A stretch of DNA of 64,000 nucleotides from an uncultured Anaerolineaceae bacterium (GTDB lineage: Bacteria > Chloroflexota > Anaerolineae > Anaerolineales > UBA4823). The DNA lies in the NCBI GenBank assembly GCA_964385625.1, contig CAYLPS010000009.1:653-64652 (forward strand), given 5' to 3'. Below the pieces are notes generated by a model. The model searched no databases and was not told the origin of the DNA. It was given only the letters and a program-made list of their open reading frames with translations. Position numbers and translations under genes: made by a program. Shown here piece by piece: positions 28,391 through 39,211 of the stretch (the first letter of the stretch is position 1; every line of letters starts with the position of its first letter).

Positions 28391-30667
28391 ATGATGAAAA
28401 GTAGACTCCTGATCACTATTGTTACCGCATTCATCCTGTTTGGTTGCAGCCGGGTGGAGACGGAAACCGTTTTACCAACCTTCACGACCTTGCCCTCACC
28501 TTCCCTTCCGGGCCCTCAGGTTGAAACCACCAGCGTTCCTGACCCAAGCGTGGCAGCCAAAACCTATCTCGATCATTGGAAAGCTGAGGAATACCCTGCC
28601 ATGTATGCCATGCTTACCCGGGTCAGCCAGGATGCCGTCACCGAGGCAGATTTCACTGCCCGCTACCAGGGTGTGGCAAACGAAGCTGCCCTGAGCAGTT
28701 GGGATTATGATATCTTGTCTTCCATGAAAAATCCACAGAGCGGACAGGTGGGCTATAAGGTCACCTTGCACAGCATCCTGGTGGGGGATATCGAGGGCGA
28801 CACGACGATGAACTTGAACCTGGAGAATGGTGAGTGGCGCATCCAGTGGGATGATTCGCTGATCCTGCCCGAGCTGCGTGGTGGCAATCACCTGTACATG
28901 GAGTATCATATTCCTTCGCGTGGTAATATCTATTCCAGTGATGGCCATGCCCTGGTGGCCCAGGCCGATGCAGTCGCTATCGGGCTGGATACTTCAGCGG
29001 TCGACCCCGACCAGGAAGATGCCTTGCTGGCAGAAATTTATCGCCTCACCGGCGTCCATCCGGATACCTTGTCGGGGATGATCGAAGCCTGGCGGCAGTA
29101 CGGCTATTATCTGCCGGTGGCAGATATCTCTGTGGATGCCCTGGCACCTCGCGAGGCTGTGCTGGCAAGCTATTCGGGAGTTATCCTTCAGCCCTTCCGC
29201 ACCCGCTATTATTTCGACGATGGTATTGCCTCACATGTGCTGGGCTACATGAGCCTGATCCAGCCAGACGAGGTTGATAAGTATAAGCGCCTGGGTTACA
29301 AGGTGGATGAGCGCGTGGGGCGTGATGGCCTGGAGTATTACGCTGAAGATGTGCTGGCTGGCGTGCGCGGCGGTGCCTTATATGTGGTTGATTCCAGCAA
29401 TAATGTGGTCACACAGCTGGCCTCCAGGGATGCTCAACCCGCCCAGGCGGTGTACACCACCCTCGATTATGACCTACAGCTGGGCTTGCAGCGCAGCCAC
29501 GCCCTCAGTGATGGCATGCAGGGAGCCATCGTGGTGCTGGAGCGCGACACGGGCCGCGTCCTGGCCATGCTTTCCTCCCCTGAGTTTAACCCCAACCTGT
29601 TCGAGCCCGCCAATTACAACTACAGCTACATGATCAATGATCTGTATAACCCCGACACCACCCCCTTGCTCAACCGGGCCACCCAGGGGCAATACCCGCT
29701 TGGCTCGGTCTTTAAGATCGTGACCATGTCGGCCGCCTTGCAGAGCGGGTTGTATACCCAGGAGAGCGAATACAACTGCGGCTACTTTTTCACCGAGCTG
29801 GAGGGCATGCAGCCTCATGATTGGACATATGACCATTACCTTAAGGATGGTAAGACCCAGGCCAGTGGCTTGCTCACCCTGCCGCAGGGCTTGATGCGCT
29901 CCTGCAACCCCTGGTTCTGGCACATCGGCCTGGATTTCTTCCAGCGTGGGATGCTCACCACCATCTCAGATATGGCACGGGGCTTCGGTTTGGGCTCCCC
30001 CACCGGCATTGAGATCGATGACGCTGCCGGGAATATCCCCGATCCAACCAGCGCGGTAGACGCAGTTAACTTGGCCATTGCCCAGGGTAATACCCTGATC
30101 ACCCCCCTCCAGGTGGCTGATTTTATTGCCGCTGTGGGCAATGGAGGTACGTTATATAAACCCAGCGTGATTGACAGTATTGTCCCCGTGGAAGGCGATC
30201 CAACTTATGTATTTACCCCCACTGTGCGGGGAACCTTGCCTGTTTCGGCGGAAAACCTGTCCATTATCCAGGATGCCATGGTCAGCGTGGTGATGAACCC
30301 GCGCGGCACAGCTTACCGCACCAGTGCCTATGGCTTGAACAGCTTCGTCAATAATACCGGCATCCCTGTGGCCGCCAAGACAGGCACCGCAGAATCGGGC
30401 TATGTTGACCCGCACGCCTGGTTTGCCGGCTACACCTTTGCCGGCCTGGAAAACCGGCCGGATATTGCCGTGGCTGTTCTGGTGGAAAATGGCGGTGAAG
30501 GATCAGATGTAGCAGCCCCCATCTTCAGGCGGGTGCTCGAAATTTATTTCCTTGGCAGCCCCCAGATGCGCTACCCGTGGGAAGCCCAAATCGGTATGGT
30601 GGCCACCCCAACCCCTGAGTCCACTGAGACTGCCACCCCCGAAGCCTCTGAAACCCCATCCCCATAG
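28391..30667 (+). CDS. Class B penicillin-binding protein (NTF2-like N-domain, lipoprotein)
   Basis: LFGC lipobox, RGNIY, SVFK, SCN and KTG motifs. Confidence 0.9.
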   Translation: MMKSRLLITIVTAFILFGCSRVETETVLPTFTTLPSPSLPGPQVETTSVPDPSVAAKTYLDHWKAEEYPAMYAMLTRVSQDAVTEADFTARYQGVANEAALSSWDYDILSSMKNPQSGQVGYKVTLHSILVGDIEGDTTMNLNLENGEWRIQWDDSLILPELRGGNHLYMEYHIPSRGNIYSSDGHALVAQADAVAIGLDTSAVDPDQEDALLAEIYRLTGVHPDTLSGMIEAWRQYGYYLPVADISVDALAPREAVLASYSGVILQPFRTRYYFDDGIASHVLGYMSLIQPDEVDKYKRLGYKVDERVGRDGLEYYAEDVLAGVRGGALYVVDSSNNVVTQLASRDAQPAQAVYTTLDYDLQLGLQRSHALSDGMQGAIVVLERDTGRVLAMLSSPEFNPNLFEPANYNYSYMINDLYNPDTTPLLNRATQGQYPLGSVFKIVTMSAALQSGLYTQESEYNCGYFFTELEGMQPHDWTYDHYLKDGKTQASGLLTLPQGLMRSCNPWFWHIGLDFFQRGMLTTISDMARGFGLGSPTGIEIDDAAGNIPDPTSAVDAVNLAIAQGNTLITPLQVADFIAAVGNGGTLYKPSVIDSIVPVEGDPTYVFTPTVRGTLPVSAENLSIIQDAMVSVVMNPRGTAYRTSAYGLNSFVNNTGIPVAAKTGTAESGYVDPHAWFAGYTFAGLENRPDIAVAVLVENGGEGSDVAAPIFRRVLEIYFLGSPQMRYPWEAQIGMVATPTPESTETATPEASETPSP

Positions 30668-30986
30668 CATCATCCGGAGCTTACGCGCCTGAATCACGGT
30701 TCGCGTACCTCCGAAATGCCGGCACCAACCCTGTTTGGCAGGCTTTATTTTGGCAGGGATATCACAAATTGGTAATAAGACAAATTTGGGATGAATAGGA
30801 CGAATGTAAACTACACCTGGTGACAATTGACAGGTTTTATTTTATAGAAAGATGTATAATCTTATTCGTAACATGCTTTGTAATGGTTTTGTCTTCCCTA
30901 TTGGTTTTGATACCCACAGGGTTCAGGTTTTCCCGTGTGGATTTTCGTCTTAAACGGTTATCAAATTTGAACCATTCACCATATTA

Positions 30987-31619
30987 ATGAGTATTATTAA
31001 GAAGGACATTCGTATGCTGACTGCCCTCGAGGTGAAGAAATCAAATCCAGACACCCGGCTGATCATTAATTTGCAAAACGGCAGCCTTGATGCACTTGGT
31101 GGGCTCTATGACCGCCACCGCGGTTTGGTTTTCAGGACTGCCCTGGCAATTACCGGGGATGCTGATGCAGCAGCGGATTTATTGCAGGAGGTTTTTTTGC
31201 GCCTGCATCGTTTCGCCAGCCGTATTGATTCAGACCGCCCACTGGAACCGTGGTTGTATCGAATGACGACCAACCTTTCATACACCTGGGTTAAGCGACA
31301 CAACCGCTTGTTGCGCCCCCTTGAGGATGTCGCTGATTGGATCACCGGTAACCGCCGGGATATCCCCGCAGTACGCACTGAGATGAACGAATCCTGGCGG
31401 CAAGTGCAACAAGCCATGTCTTCATTACCTTTGTCGCATCGAGGCGTGGTTGTTCTTTATTACATTGACGAACTTCCCATCCAGGAGATTGCCGAGATAC
31501 TGGATATTCCGGTAGGCACCGTGAAGTCTCGTTTGCATTACAGCCGCCAGGCTTTGCGGAAATCGTTGGATGTATTGCAGAACAAGAGCCTTCCAGAAAT
31601 GAGTTACGAGTTCACATAG
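30987..31619 (+). CDS. ECF RNA polymerase sigma factor
   Basis: DLLQEVFL, PWLYRM, EIAEILDIPVGTVKSRL. Confidence 0.92.
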   Translation: MSIIKKDIRMLTALEVKKSNPDTRLIINLQNGSLDALGGLYDRHRGLVFRTALAITGDADAAADLLQEVFLRLHRFASRIDSDRPLEPWLYRMTTNLSYTWVKRHNRLLRPLEDVADWITGNRRDIPAVRTEMNESWRQVQQAMSSLPLSHRGVVVLYYIDELPIQEIAEILDIPVGTVKSRLHYSRQALRKSLDVLQNKSLPEMSYEFT

Positions 31620-31627
31620 GTAAAATA

Positions 31628-31900
31628 ATGAGCACGCATACAGACCATTTTATCGGTAATATCCTCAAAAATTGGGTGGCCAGCCAAAAGCCACCTGTAA
31701 ATGGCCGGGCCCAGCTTTTAGAGAAAGCGGAAGGAATTAAGCGCTCTCGCTATGACTTTTGTGCGCTGATTCCCCGGCTTCAATTTAACGACTATCCTAT
31801 TCAAAGTACCAATGAGGGTTTACAACTCCAGAGTTCCTGGTTCTTCGCCCAATCCATTCACGTGAGTGTTCAGTCTCACGTGAAATCGTATGCACTTTAA
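31628..31900 (+). CDS. Small hypothetical protein in the anti-sigma gene position
   Basis: Starts 8 nt after the ECF stop and overlaps the next gene. Confidence 0.5.
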   Translation: MSTHTDHFIGNILKNWVASQKPPVNGRAQLLEKAEGIKRSRYDFCALIPRLQFNDYPIQSTNEGLQLQSSWFFAQSIHVSVQSHVKSYAL

Positions 31901-33839
31901 CAATTTACTGATCGTGATCCTTTTGTTGGGCTTGGTAGCTTGCAGCCAGGCACCGGCATCCACTTTGCCAGCTGTACTAACCTCACCTGTCGCTGCCACC
32001 AGTCAGCCGACCAGGACCGTGTCTGAGCCTGCTCTCACGGCGACCCTTTTGCCAGAAACCTCACGGTTGCTGACCATTTGCCTGGGTCGTGAGCCGACAT
32101 CCTTGTTTTATTACGACGCTACCTCCACCTCCGCACGCGATATCCTGGCGGCAATTTATGATGGCCCCATCGATATCCGCGATTACACTGCTTACCCGGT
32201 CATCCTGGATAAGCTGCCGTCATTAGCAGATGGCGACGCCAGGCTGGAAGCGGTGCAGGTGAACCCTGGTGACCTGGTTGTGAATACCTCAGGGAACGCG
32301 GTGAACCTGGAAGCCGGTGTGGACTATCGCCCCTCGGGTTGCTCTGAAATGTCATGCGCGCAGCAGTATGACGGCGACCAGCCCGCTCAAATGGATCGAT
32401 TGGTTTTGGATTTCAAGCTCTTGCCTGGCATCCAGTGGTCCGATGGCACCCCTCTCACGGCTGCCGATTCGGTCTACTCGTATGAGCTGGCTCGCAGCCT
32501 CTACCCATCGGCCGAGCCGGACCTCATCCTGCGTACGCAATCCTACAAGGCCCTGGATGAAAGCTCGGTCGAGTGGGTCGGCTTGCCCGGTTATCAGGAC
32601 GGAGCTTATACCAATAAATTTTTTACACCTCTCCCACAGCATGTCTGGCAGACTTTATCTGTGGAAGAACTACGAACAAATGAGCTTTCAACACGCCAGC
32701 CCCTTGGTTGGGGCGCCTATATTATCGATGAATGGATCGCAGGTGACCATATCTCGATGCATAAAAACCCGCTTTATTTTCGGGCAGGAGAGAATTTGCC
32801 TCACTTCGATTACCTGGTTTTCCGGTTTGTGGACAATTCAGGCGAAGCCCTGGATGCCCTCCAGGCTGGTGAATGTGATTTAATAGACCAGACCGCCATG
32901 CTTGACCCGCAAACCCCCCGCTTATCGCAAATCATGGCTGCCGGCCAGGCATCCACCTTTTACCAGGACGATGCTGGCTGGGAGCAGCTCATCTTCGGCA
33001 TCCAGCCGCTGGATAGCCAGCGCCCGGCTTTCTTTGCTGATAAGACCATTCGCCAGGCAGTGGCCATGTGCATCGATCGAACCGCATTGGTAGAAGGCCA
33101 GTCGCAGGGTGAACAGCTCTCCCTGGATTCGTACACCTCGCCAGCCAATCCACTTCATAATCCCGGCAACCAGCTGCCCACCTATGACCCGCAGCAAGCC
33201 TCAGCACTGCTCGAAGCTGCCGGTTGGGTTGATACGGATGACAACCCCGCAACCCCCCGCCTCGCCCAGGGTGTCAGGGGTGTTCCGGACGAGACTCCAT
33301 TTGAAGTCCAATACCTGGTCTCGTCAGATGAGAGCTCCCAGGGGGTGGCCAAATCCATCCAGGGCATGCTGGGGCAGTGTGGCATTGCTACCGATATCGT
33401 CGCCCAGCAGCCGGCCGAGTACCTGGCTCCCGGTCCCGATGGACCCGTATTCGGACGCACCTTCGACCTGGCTCAATTCGCCTGGGCGGCCTCATTGGAG
33501 CCACCTTGCAACCTGTACCTCACCAGTGAGATCCCCGGTCCCTACCCCGAATTTGCCAAAAGCTGGGGTGGGGCGAACGCCAGCGGCTATTCCAATTCAG
33601 AATTTGACCAGGCCTGTGAGAACGCACTGTTCAGCCTGCCGGAGGCACCAATTCATCAAGCCGCGCATTTCCAGGCGCAGGAGCTTTATTCAACGGAGCT
33701 TCCCTCGCTCCCCTTGTTCTCGCACTTCACTGTTGCAGTATCCCGCCCCGATTTCTGCAACTACACTTCACTTTCAGCCCTCGACAGCCCCTTGTGGAAC
33801 CTCGAGGCACTCGATTATGGTGATGGCTGTTTGCAATAA
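31890..33839 (+). CDS. Peptide ABC transporter substrate-binding lipoprotein (family 5)
   Basis: LVAC lipobox, WSDGTPLTAADSVYS, GWGAY, IRQAVAMCIDR. Confidence 0.88.
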   Translation: MHFNNLLIVILLLGLVACSQAPASTLPAVLTSPVAATSQPTRTVSEPALTATLLPETSRLLTICLGREPTSLFYYDATSTSARDILAAIYDGPIDIRDYTAYPVILDKLPSLADGDARLEAVQVNPGDLVVNTSGNAVNLEAGVDYRPSGCSEMSCAQQYDGDQPAQMDRLVLDFKLLPGIQWSDGTPLTAADSVYSYELARSLYPSAEPDLILRTQSYKALDESSVEWVGLPGYQDGAYTNKFFTPLPQHVWQTLSVEELRTNELSTRQPLGWGAYIIDEWIAGDHISMHKNPLYFRAGENLPHFDYLVFRFVDNSGEALDALQAGECDLIDQTAMLDPQTPRLSQIMAAGQASTFYQDDAGWEQLIFGIQPLDSQRPAFFADKTIRQAVAMCIDRTALVEGQSQGEQLSLDSYTSPANPLHNPGNQLPTYDPQQASALLEAAGWVDTDDNPATPRLAQGVRGVPDETPFEVQYLVSSDESSQGVAKSIQGMLGQCGIATDIVAQQPAEYLAPGPDGPVFGRTFDLAQFAWAASLEPPCNLYLTSEIPGPYPEFAKSWGGANASGYSNSEFDQACENALFSLPEAPIHQAAHFQAQELYSTELPSLPLFSHFTVAVSRPDFCNYTSLSALDSPLWNLEALDYGDGCLQ

Positions 33840-34007
33840 TACTTGACCGATTAGCTTTTTACAGGTATATTTTGTGCGCGTTTGGATAAGTATGTGGAAT
33901 TCTAAATATATGAGAGGAGGTGAGTACTGGGTATTAGAAAATCTGGCATTTCAGTATCCTGTAAATAATTGTATTAACCAATCAAACCATAAGTTCGGAG
34001 GAGAAAT

Positions 34008-36626
34008 ATGACGAAGAAATTGTTTTTAGCTGTTAGCTTACTAATTACCCTTAGCATGCTTCTGGCGTCTTGTGCTCCGACAGCGACTCAGGTCGTTACC
34101 CAGATCGTGAAGGAGACAGTGCCACCAGAAATTCAAACCCAGGTTGTTAAAGAAACTCAGGTTGTCGTCCAGACTGCGGCACCACAACCTACTACCCCAC
34201 CCGTAACCTCGACTCGTAAGGGTGGCTGGGTTGACCAAATGGTCTTCTCGGAGCAGCCTGATTTCTCTGCAGCAGTAAAGCAGCTCCAGGCTGATGATAT
34301 TGATATCCAGTCCTTTGCTATCTCCGACGCAGAACTGTTCAGCGAAGTCAAGGCCGACCCGAATTTGTCCTACACCACGGCATTCGGTTTATTCGATGAG
34401 CTGACCTTCAACCCCTACGGCCCCACCTTCAACGACGGGAGGCTCAATCCCTTCAGCGATGCCAAGGTGCGCGAAGCCATGAACTGGATGATCGATCGCA
34501 ATTACATCGTCCAGGAGATCTTTGGCGGTCTGGCCAAGGTGAAGTACACCGACCTGAACAGCGCCATGCCAGACTATGCTCGCTACGTGGATACCGTCAG
34601 GGAATTGGAAGTCAAGTATGCTTACAATCCCGATCAGGGAGACACTGTCATCACTGCTGAGATGGAAGCCATGGGTGCCACCAAGGATGCCAGCGGTAAG
34701 TGGACATTCAATGATGCCCCGGTGACCATCATCGCCATCATCCGTACGGAAGATGAGCGCAAGGAAATCGGTGATTACGTCTGCAACCAGCTGGAAACCA
34801 TCGGCTTTACTACAGACCGCCAATACAAGAGGTCTGCTGAAGCCTCACCCATCTGGAACCGGTCTGACCCGGCGGAAGGCCAGTGGCATTTCTATACCGG
34901 CGGCTGGATCTCCACCGTCATCAGCCGTGATGATGGCAGTGACTATGGTTTCTTCTATACCCCCCTCGGTTCTGCATCCCCACTCTGGCAGGCTTATAAG
35001 AATGACCCTGCCTATTACAAGGGTGATGGCACTGGCGTAGCCGAAAAGCTGTGGAACAATGATTTCAAAACCCTGGATGAGCGCGCCAGCTTGTTTAAAG
35101 AGGCGCTCGTCATGGCAGGCCAGGAAGCGCAGCGTGTCTTCCTGGTTGACCAGATCAGCTTCGGGCCACAGCGCGCCGACGTGTCTGTAGCATATGACCT
35201 GGCTGGCGGCGTATCCGGTTCACAACTCTATCCCTACACGCTTCGCTTCACCGATCAGGAGGGTGGTGTGATGCGGGTTGTTATGCCAAGCATCCTAACT
35301 GAACCTTGGAACCCGGTTAATGGTACGAACTGGATCTATGACCAGTCAATTATGCGTGCCACGATGGACCGTGGGGTAATTGCCGATCCTTACACCGGCC
35401 TGTACTGGCCGCAGCGCATCGAGAGCGCAGATGTAGTGGTTGAGGAAGGCCTTCCGGTTGGCCAGACCCTTGATTGGCTGACCTTGAGCACCGCGCCTTC
35501 TATCGAAGTTCCCTCGGGTGCCTGGGTGGATTGGGATGCAGCTAATCAGAAGTTCATCACCGCAGGTGAGGCCTATACCACCACCCAAACAGCCCTCTCC
35601 AAGGTCACTGTGACCTATCCAGCTGACTTCTTCTCCACCACCTGGCACGATGGCAGCCCGCATTCGGTGGGTGATTTCATCATGGACATGATCATGACTT
35701 TCGATATAGGAAAGGCAGACAGCCCCAACTATGATGAAGCTTATGCCCCCACCGTTGACGCATTCTTATCGCACTTCAAGGGCGTGGTGATCGAGTCAAC
35801 TGATCCACTGGTGATCACCACCTATGACGACCGCTGGTACCTGGACGCTGAATGGATCGTGGCTGGTGCAACCTGGTATCCAGGCGTTGGTTATACTTAT
35901 GGTGGAGCCCCGTGGCAGGTCATCGCCCTTGGCAATATGGCAGATGGCAGCACCGACCCGGCCACCGCGCTGGCCTGGAGTACGGATAAAGCCGGCGCCA
36001 AGTCGGTTGAGTGGCTGAGCCTGATTGCTGGGCCGAGTTTATCGATCCTTAAAGGCTGGCTGGATCAGGCTGTCTCTGATAACTACATCCCCTACGCCCC
36101 CACCATGAGCCAGTATGTCACCGCCGATGAAGCTACAGAACGCTGGGCAAATACGGCCAATTGGTACAAAATCCAGGGTCATTTCTGGATCGGTGACGGT
36201 CCATACTACCTGGATAAGGCCTTCCCGGTTGAGAAGAGCGTCAGCCTGTTGCGTTTCCAGGATTTCCCAGATCTGGCAACCAAGTGGAATCGATTCAGCA
36301 CGCCCATGATCGCAGTGGTTACCGTTGATGGTCCTGGACAGGTTGACATTGGCTCTGAAGCCATGTACGATGTGTACGTTGAATTCGAGGATCAGCCCTA
36401 CCCGGCAGACGAGGTCGCTGGAGTGAAATTCCTGGTCTTCGATGCCGCGGGTGCATTAGTTACCCAGGGTGAAGGTGCCTTCGTCGAAGAAGGGCACTAC
36501 TCCGTCACCATCAGCGCTGATGAGTCCGCCAAGCTTGTGGCTGGTGCGAACAAGCTTGAAGTCATTGTCACTTCCAATGCTGTGAGCATCCCAACCATCA
36601 CTGACTATGAGTTTATTGCCAAGTAA
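34008..36626 (+). CDS. Large family-5 ABC substrate-binding lipoprotein
   Basis: LASC lipobox, NPFSDAKVREAMNWMIDR, WHDG, GPYYL; GGAGG RBS. Confidence 0.88.
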   Translation: MTKKLFLAVSLLITLSMLLASCAPTATQVVTQIVKETVPPEIQTQVVKETQVVVQTAAPQPTTPPVTSTRKGGWVDQMVFSEQPDFSAAVKQLQADDIDIQSFAISDAELFSEVKADPNLSYTTAFGLFDELTFNPYGPTFNDGRLNPFSDAKVREAMNWMIDRNYIVQEIFGGLAKVKYTDLNSAMPDYARYVDTVRELEVKYAYNPDQGDTVITAEMEAMGATKDASGKWTFNDAPVTIIAIIRTEDERKEIGDYVCNQLETIGFTTDRQYKRSAEASPIWNRSDPAEGQWHFYTGGWISTVISRDDGSDYGFFYTPLGSASPLWQAYKNDPAYYKGDGTGVAEKLWNNDFKTLDERASLFKEALVMAGQEAQRVFLVDQISFGPQRADVSVAYDLAGGVSGSQLYPYTLRFTDQEGGVMRVVMPSILTEPWNPVNGTNWIYDQSIMRATMDRGVIADPYTGLYWPQRIESADVVVEEGLPVGQTLDWLTLSTAPSIEVPSGAWVDWDAANQKFITAGEAYTTTQTALSKVTVTYPADFFSTTWHDGSPHSVGDFIMDMIMTFDIGKADSPNYDEAYAPTVDAFLSHFKGVVIESTDPLVITTYDDRWYLDAEWIVAGATWYPGVGYTYGGAPWQVIALGNMADGSTDPATALAWSTDKAGAKSVEWLSLIAGPSLSILKGWLDQAVSDNYIPYAPTMSQYVTADEATERWANTANWYKIQGHFWIGDGPYYLDKAFPVEKSVSLLRFQDFPDLATKWNRFSTPMIAVVTVDGPGQVDIGSEAMYDVYVEFEDQPYPADEVAGVKFLVFDAAGALVTQGEGAFVEEGHYSVTISADESAKLVAGANKLEVIVTSNAVSIPTITDYEFIAK

Positions 36627-36645
36627 CAAGGATTAAGTGTTTTTT

Positions 36646-36678
36646 CAATGGAGGCAGGCTCCCCGCCTGCCTCCATTG
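36646..36678. terminator. Intercistronic hairpin after the SBP gene (mRNA stabiliser or partial terminator)
   Basis: 14-bp stem CAATGGAGGCAGGC/GCCTGCCTCCATTG with no downstream U-tract. Confidence 0.6.
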
Positions 36679-36724
36679 GAATCTAAGGTAAAAAAATTAT
36701 ATTGATGAAAGTGAGTTACACACC

Positions 36725-37867
36725 ATGAGCGAAGCTACGGTTCCTTTAGATGCACAATTGGAAGCGCAAATCAAGAGAAAAGCAACCACCAATACTCTCT
36801 CGCGCATTTTCCGCTACACGATAGTGCGCGTGATTACCCTGCTCATTACCGTGGTGATTGCGGTTTACCTGACCATCCTGATTGCCAATATGGGTGGGTA
36901 TGTAGACACGATTCAACGCTCACAAATCCAGGAGCAAGTCGCCATGCAGTTTGCCATGGACCCGTCATTCAAGGCTTTGTCAGCGGATGAAAAACAAACT
37001 CTAATGGCTTCCCAGGTTTCCATCCGTGAAAAACGCTTGGGTTTGGACCAACCTTTCGTGGTGCGTAGCTTCAGGTATCTCACCGGTGCACTCACGCTTA
37101 ACCTGGGGCGAGCCTTGCAGATGTCGAGTGACAGTGGTTCAAAGATGGTGAGGAATATTATCTTAGAGCGTCTGCCTCCCACGCTGGTCCTCTTCGGCAC
37201 CGCGGATGTGTTCTTATTTGTCTTAACGCTTCTTATCGCGCTTTCTCTTTCCAGGAAATATGGCAGTTTCCTCGATAAGCTGTTCATTGCCCTATCCCCG
37301 ACCTCGGCAGCGCCGGGGTGGTTTTATGGCATCTTCCTGATCCTGATCTTTGCCGCCGTGTTGCACTGGCTGCCGTTTAGCGGCATGGTGGACGCACCTC
37401 CCCCTGCCAATAAACTGTTGTACGCCTTGAGCCTGCTCAAGCACATGGTTTTGCCGGTGCTAGCCCTCACTATCAGCACCACCTTTATCAATGCCTATTC
37501 ATGGCGCACATTTTTCCTGATTTATTCCAGCGAAGATTATGTGGATATGGCCAAGGCCAAAGGGTTAACCTCCAGGAATATTGAGCGTAGCTACATCCTC
37601 AGGCCAACCTTGCCGACTATTATCACCAGTTTTGCTTTATTGGTGATTTATGCCTGGATGGGCGCGCCCATCTTTGAAACAGTCTTCATCTGGCCAGGAT
37701 TAGGACGGGCGCTTTTCATGGCTATTGGTTTATTCGATGTGCCCGTAATCGTTGGCTCAACGATTATTTTTGCATACTTATTGGTGATCACGGTCTTCCT
37801 CCTGGATATTGTTTATGCCTTGGTAGACCCCAGGGTGAAGATCGGTGGCGAAGGCAGGCCTCAATGA
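36725..37867 (+). CDS. Peptide ABC permease (OppB/DppB-like)
   Basis: EDYVDMAKAKGL (EAA loop), ETVFIWPGLG, YALVDPRV. Confidence 0.92.
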   Translation: MSEATVPLDAQLEAQIKRKATTNTLSRIFRYTIVRVITLLITVVIAVYLTILIANMGGYVDTIQRSQIQEQVAMQFAMDPSFKALSADEKQTLMASQVSIREKRLGLDQPFVVRSFRYLTGALTLNLGRALQMSSDSGSKMVRNIILERLPPTLVLFGTADVFLFVLTLLIALSLSRKYGSFLDKLFIALSPTSAAPGWFYGIFLILIFAAVLHWLPFSGMVDAPPPANKLLYALSLLKHMVLPVLALTISTTFINAYSWRTFFLIYSSEDYVDMAKAKGLTSRNIERSYILRPTLPTIITSFALLVIYAWMGAPIFETVFIWPGLGRALFMAIGLFDVPVIVGSTIIFAYLLVITVFLLDIVYALVDPRVKIGGEGRPQ

Positions 37868-39207
37868 CCTCTTTTAAAAATTCTTTAAAACAGCTGTTAC
37901 GCTATCCATCAGCGATCTTGGGATTGCTGATTATTATGGCGCTGGTGATATTGGCTATTTACGCCATGGTTTCCATACCTTATAGCCGGGCGCTTGTGCT
38001 CTGGCGTGGCGGTGAGGGTATCTGGTATCAAAATCCCAGGTACGCACCACCCGCCTGGATTAATTTCTTCAGGTCTGATAAATTACCACAGACGATCACC
38101 CTGAGCAGCGCCGATGGTACCGCCTCTAAAACATTTACCCCGGGCGACACCATCGATGAGACAACCATTGATTTCACCTTTAACTATGCTTCCAATGACT
38201 ACCCTCAGGATATTGCCATCTTTTTCACCTCCCAATACACTGGAAAGCAACCCTTTGTATCCCTCACCTGGACCACTCCGGATGGAAGAGATATCCGGAT
38301 AGCAGATTTTGCGGTCGACGAGGCGGAAACATTCTATATCTCCCAGGATACAGCCCTCCAACGCAGGTTGGCAGGATTACTCCCTCAACAGGGGCTTTTC
38401 GTGGCTGACCCAAAAGCTGGCCTCACCGGAGCGCTACAGGGCACTTATACATTAAAAGTTGATGCGCTTTCCTTTGAAAAAGGCTCCAACCTGGATGCTG
38501 AGATGGTGCTGTATGGAAAGGTGTATGGGCTGGCCGGCACCGACAACCTGCGTCGAGACTTGATGGTAGCATTGTTGTGGGGCACCCCCATCGCCCTGGC
38601 TTTCGGTCTGCTGGCAGCGGTGGGAACCACCGTTCTCACCATGGTGATTGCCGCCTTTGGGGTATGGTTTGCAGGTTGGGTGGATAGCATCATCCAGCGC
38701 ATTACTGAAGTGAACATGATCCTGCCCTTCTTGCCAATCCTGATCATGGTGGGCACCTTTTACTCACGCAGTATATGGACGCTTCTTGGGGTGACCATCC
38801 TGTTAAGTATCTTCGGATCTACGATAAAAACCTATCGTGCGGTATTTATGCAGGTAAAAGAATCTCCGTTTATCGAAGCCGCCCGGGCTTATGGTGCGGG
38901 CAATATCCGCATCATTATCTCTTATATGGTGCCGCGCATCATCCCCTTTATCATCCCTCAATTGGTAATCCTTGTGCCTACGTTTGTTTTCCTAGAAGCC
39001 AGTCTGGCAGTGTTAGGCCTGGGTGACCCCACCCTCCCCACCTGGGGCAAGATCATCTCCGATGCCCAGGGGAATGGTGCCCTGTATAAGGGATTATATT
39101 ATTGGGTCTTGGAACCATCGGTATTGTTAATGGTAGCCGGGCTTGGTTTTGCTTTATTAGGTTTCTCTTTAGACCGCATCTTTAACCCCAGGTTGAGAGG
39201 TATGTAA
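37864..39207 (+). CDS. Peptide ABC permease (OppC/DppC-like)
   Basis: GTDNLRRD, FIEAARAYGA, PTWG, NPRLR. Confidence 0.92.
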   Translation: MTSFKNSLKQLLRYPSAILGLLIIMALVILAIYAMVSIPYSRALVLWRGGEGIWYQNPRYAPPAWINFFRSDKLPQTITLSSADGTASKTFTPGDTIDETTIDFTFNYASNDYPQDIAIFFTSQYTGKQPFVSLTWTTPDGRDIRIADFAVDEAETFYISQDTALQRRLAGLLPQQGLFVADPKAGLTGALQGTYTLKVDALSFEKGSNLDAEMVLYGKVYGLAGTDNLRRDLMVALLWGTPIALAFGLLAAVGTTVLTMVIAAFGVWFAGWVDSIIQRITEVNMILPFLPILIMVGTFYSRSIWTLLGVTILLSIFGSTIKTYRAVFMQVKESPFIEAARAYGAGNIRIIISYMVPRIIPFIIPQLVILVPTFVFLEASLAVLGLGDPTLPTWGKIISDAQGNGALYKGLYYWVLEPSVLLMVAGLGFALLGFSLDRIFNPRLRGM

Positions 39208-39211
39208 TCGA

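Noticed and set aside
31873-31888. parS-like AGTCTCACGTGAAATC, plus half-sites near 13941 and 54628
   Set aside because: Several mismatches and inside coding sequence; compatible with chance.
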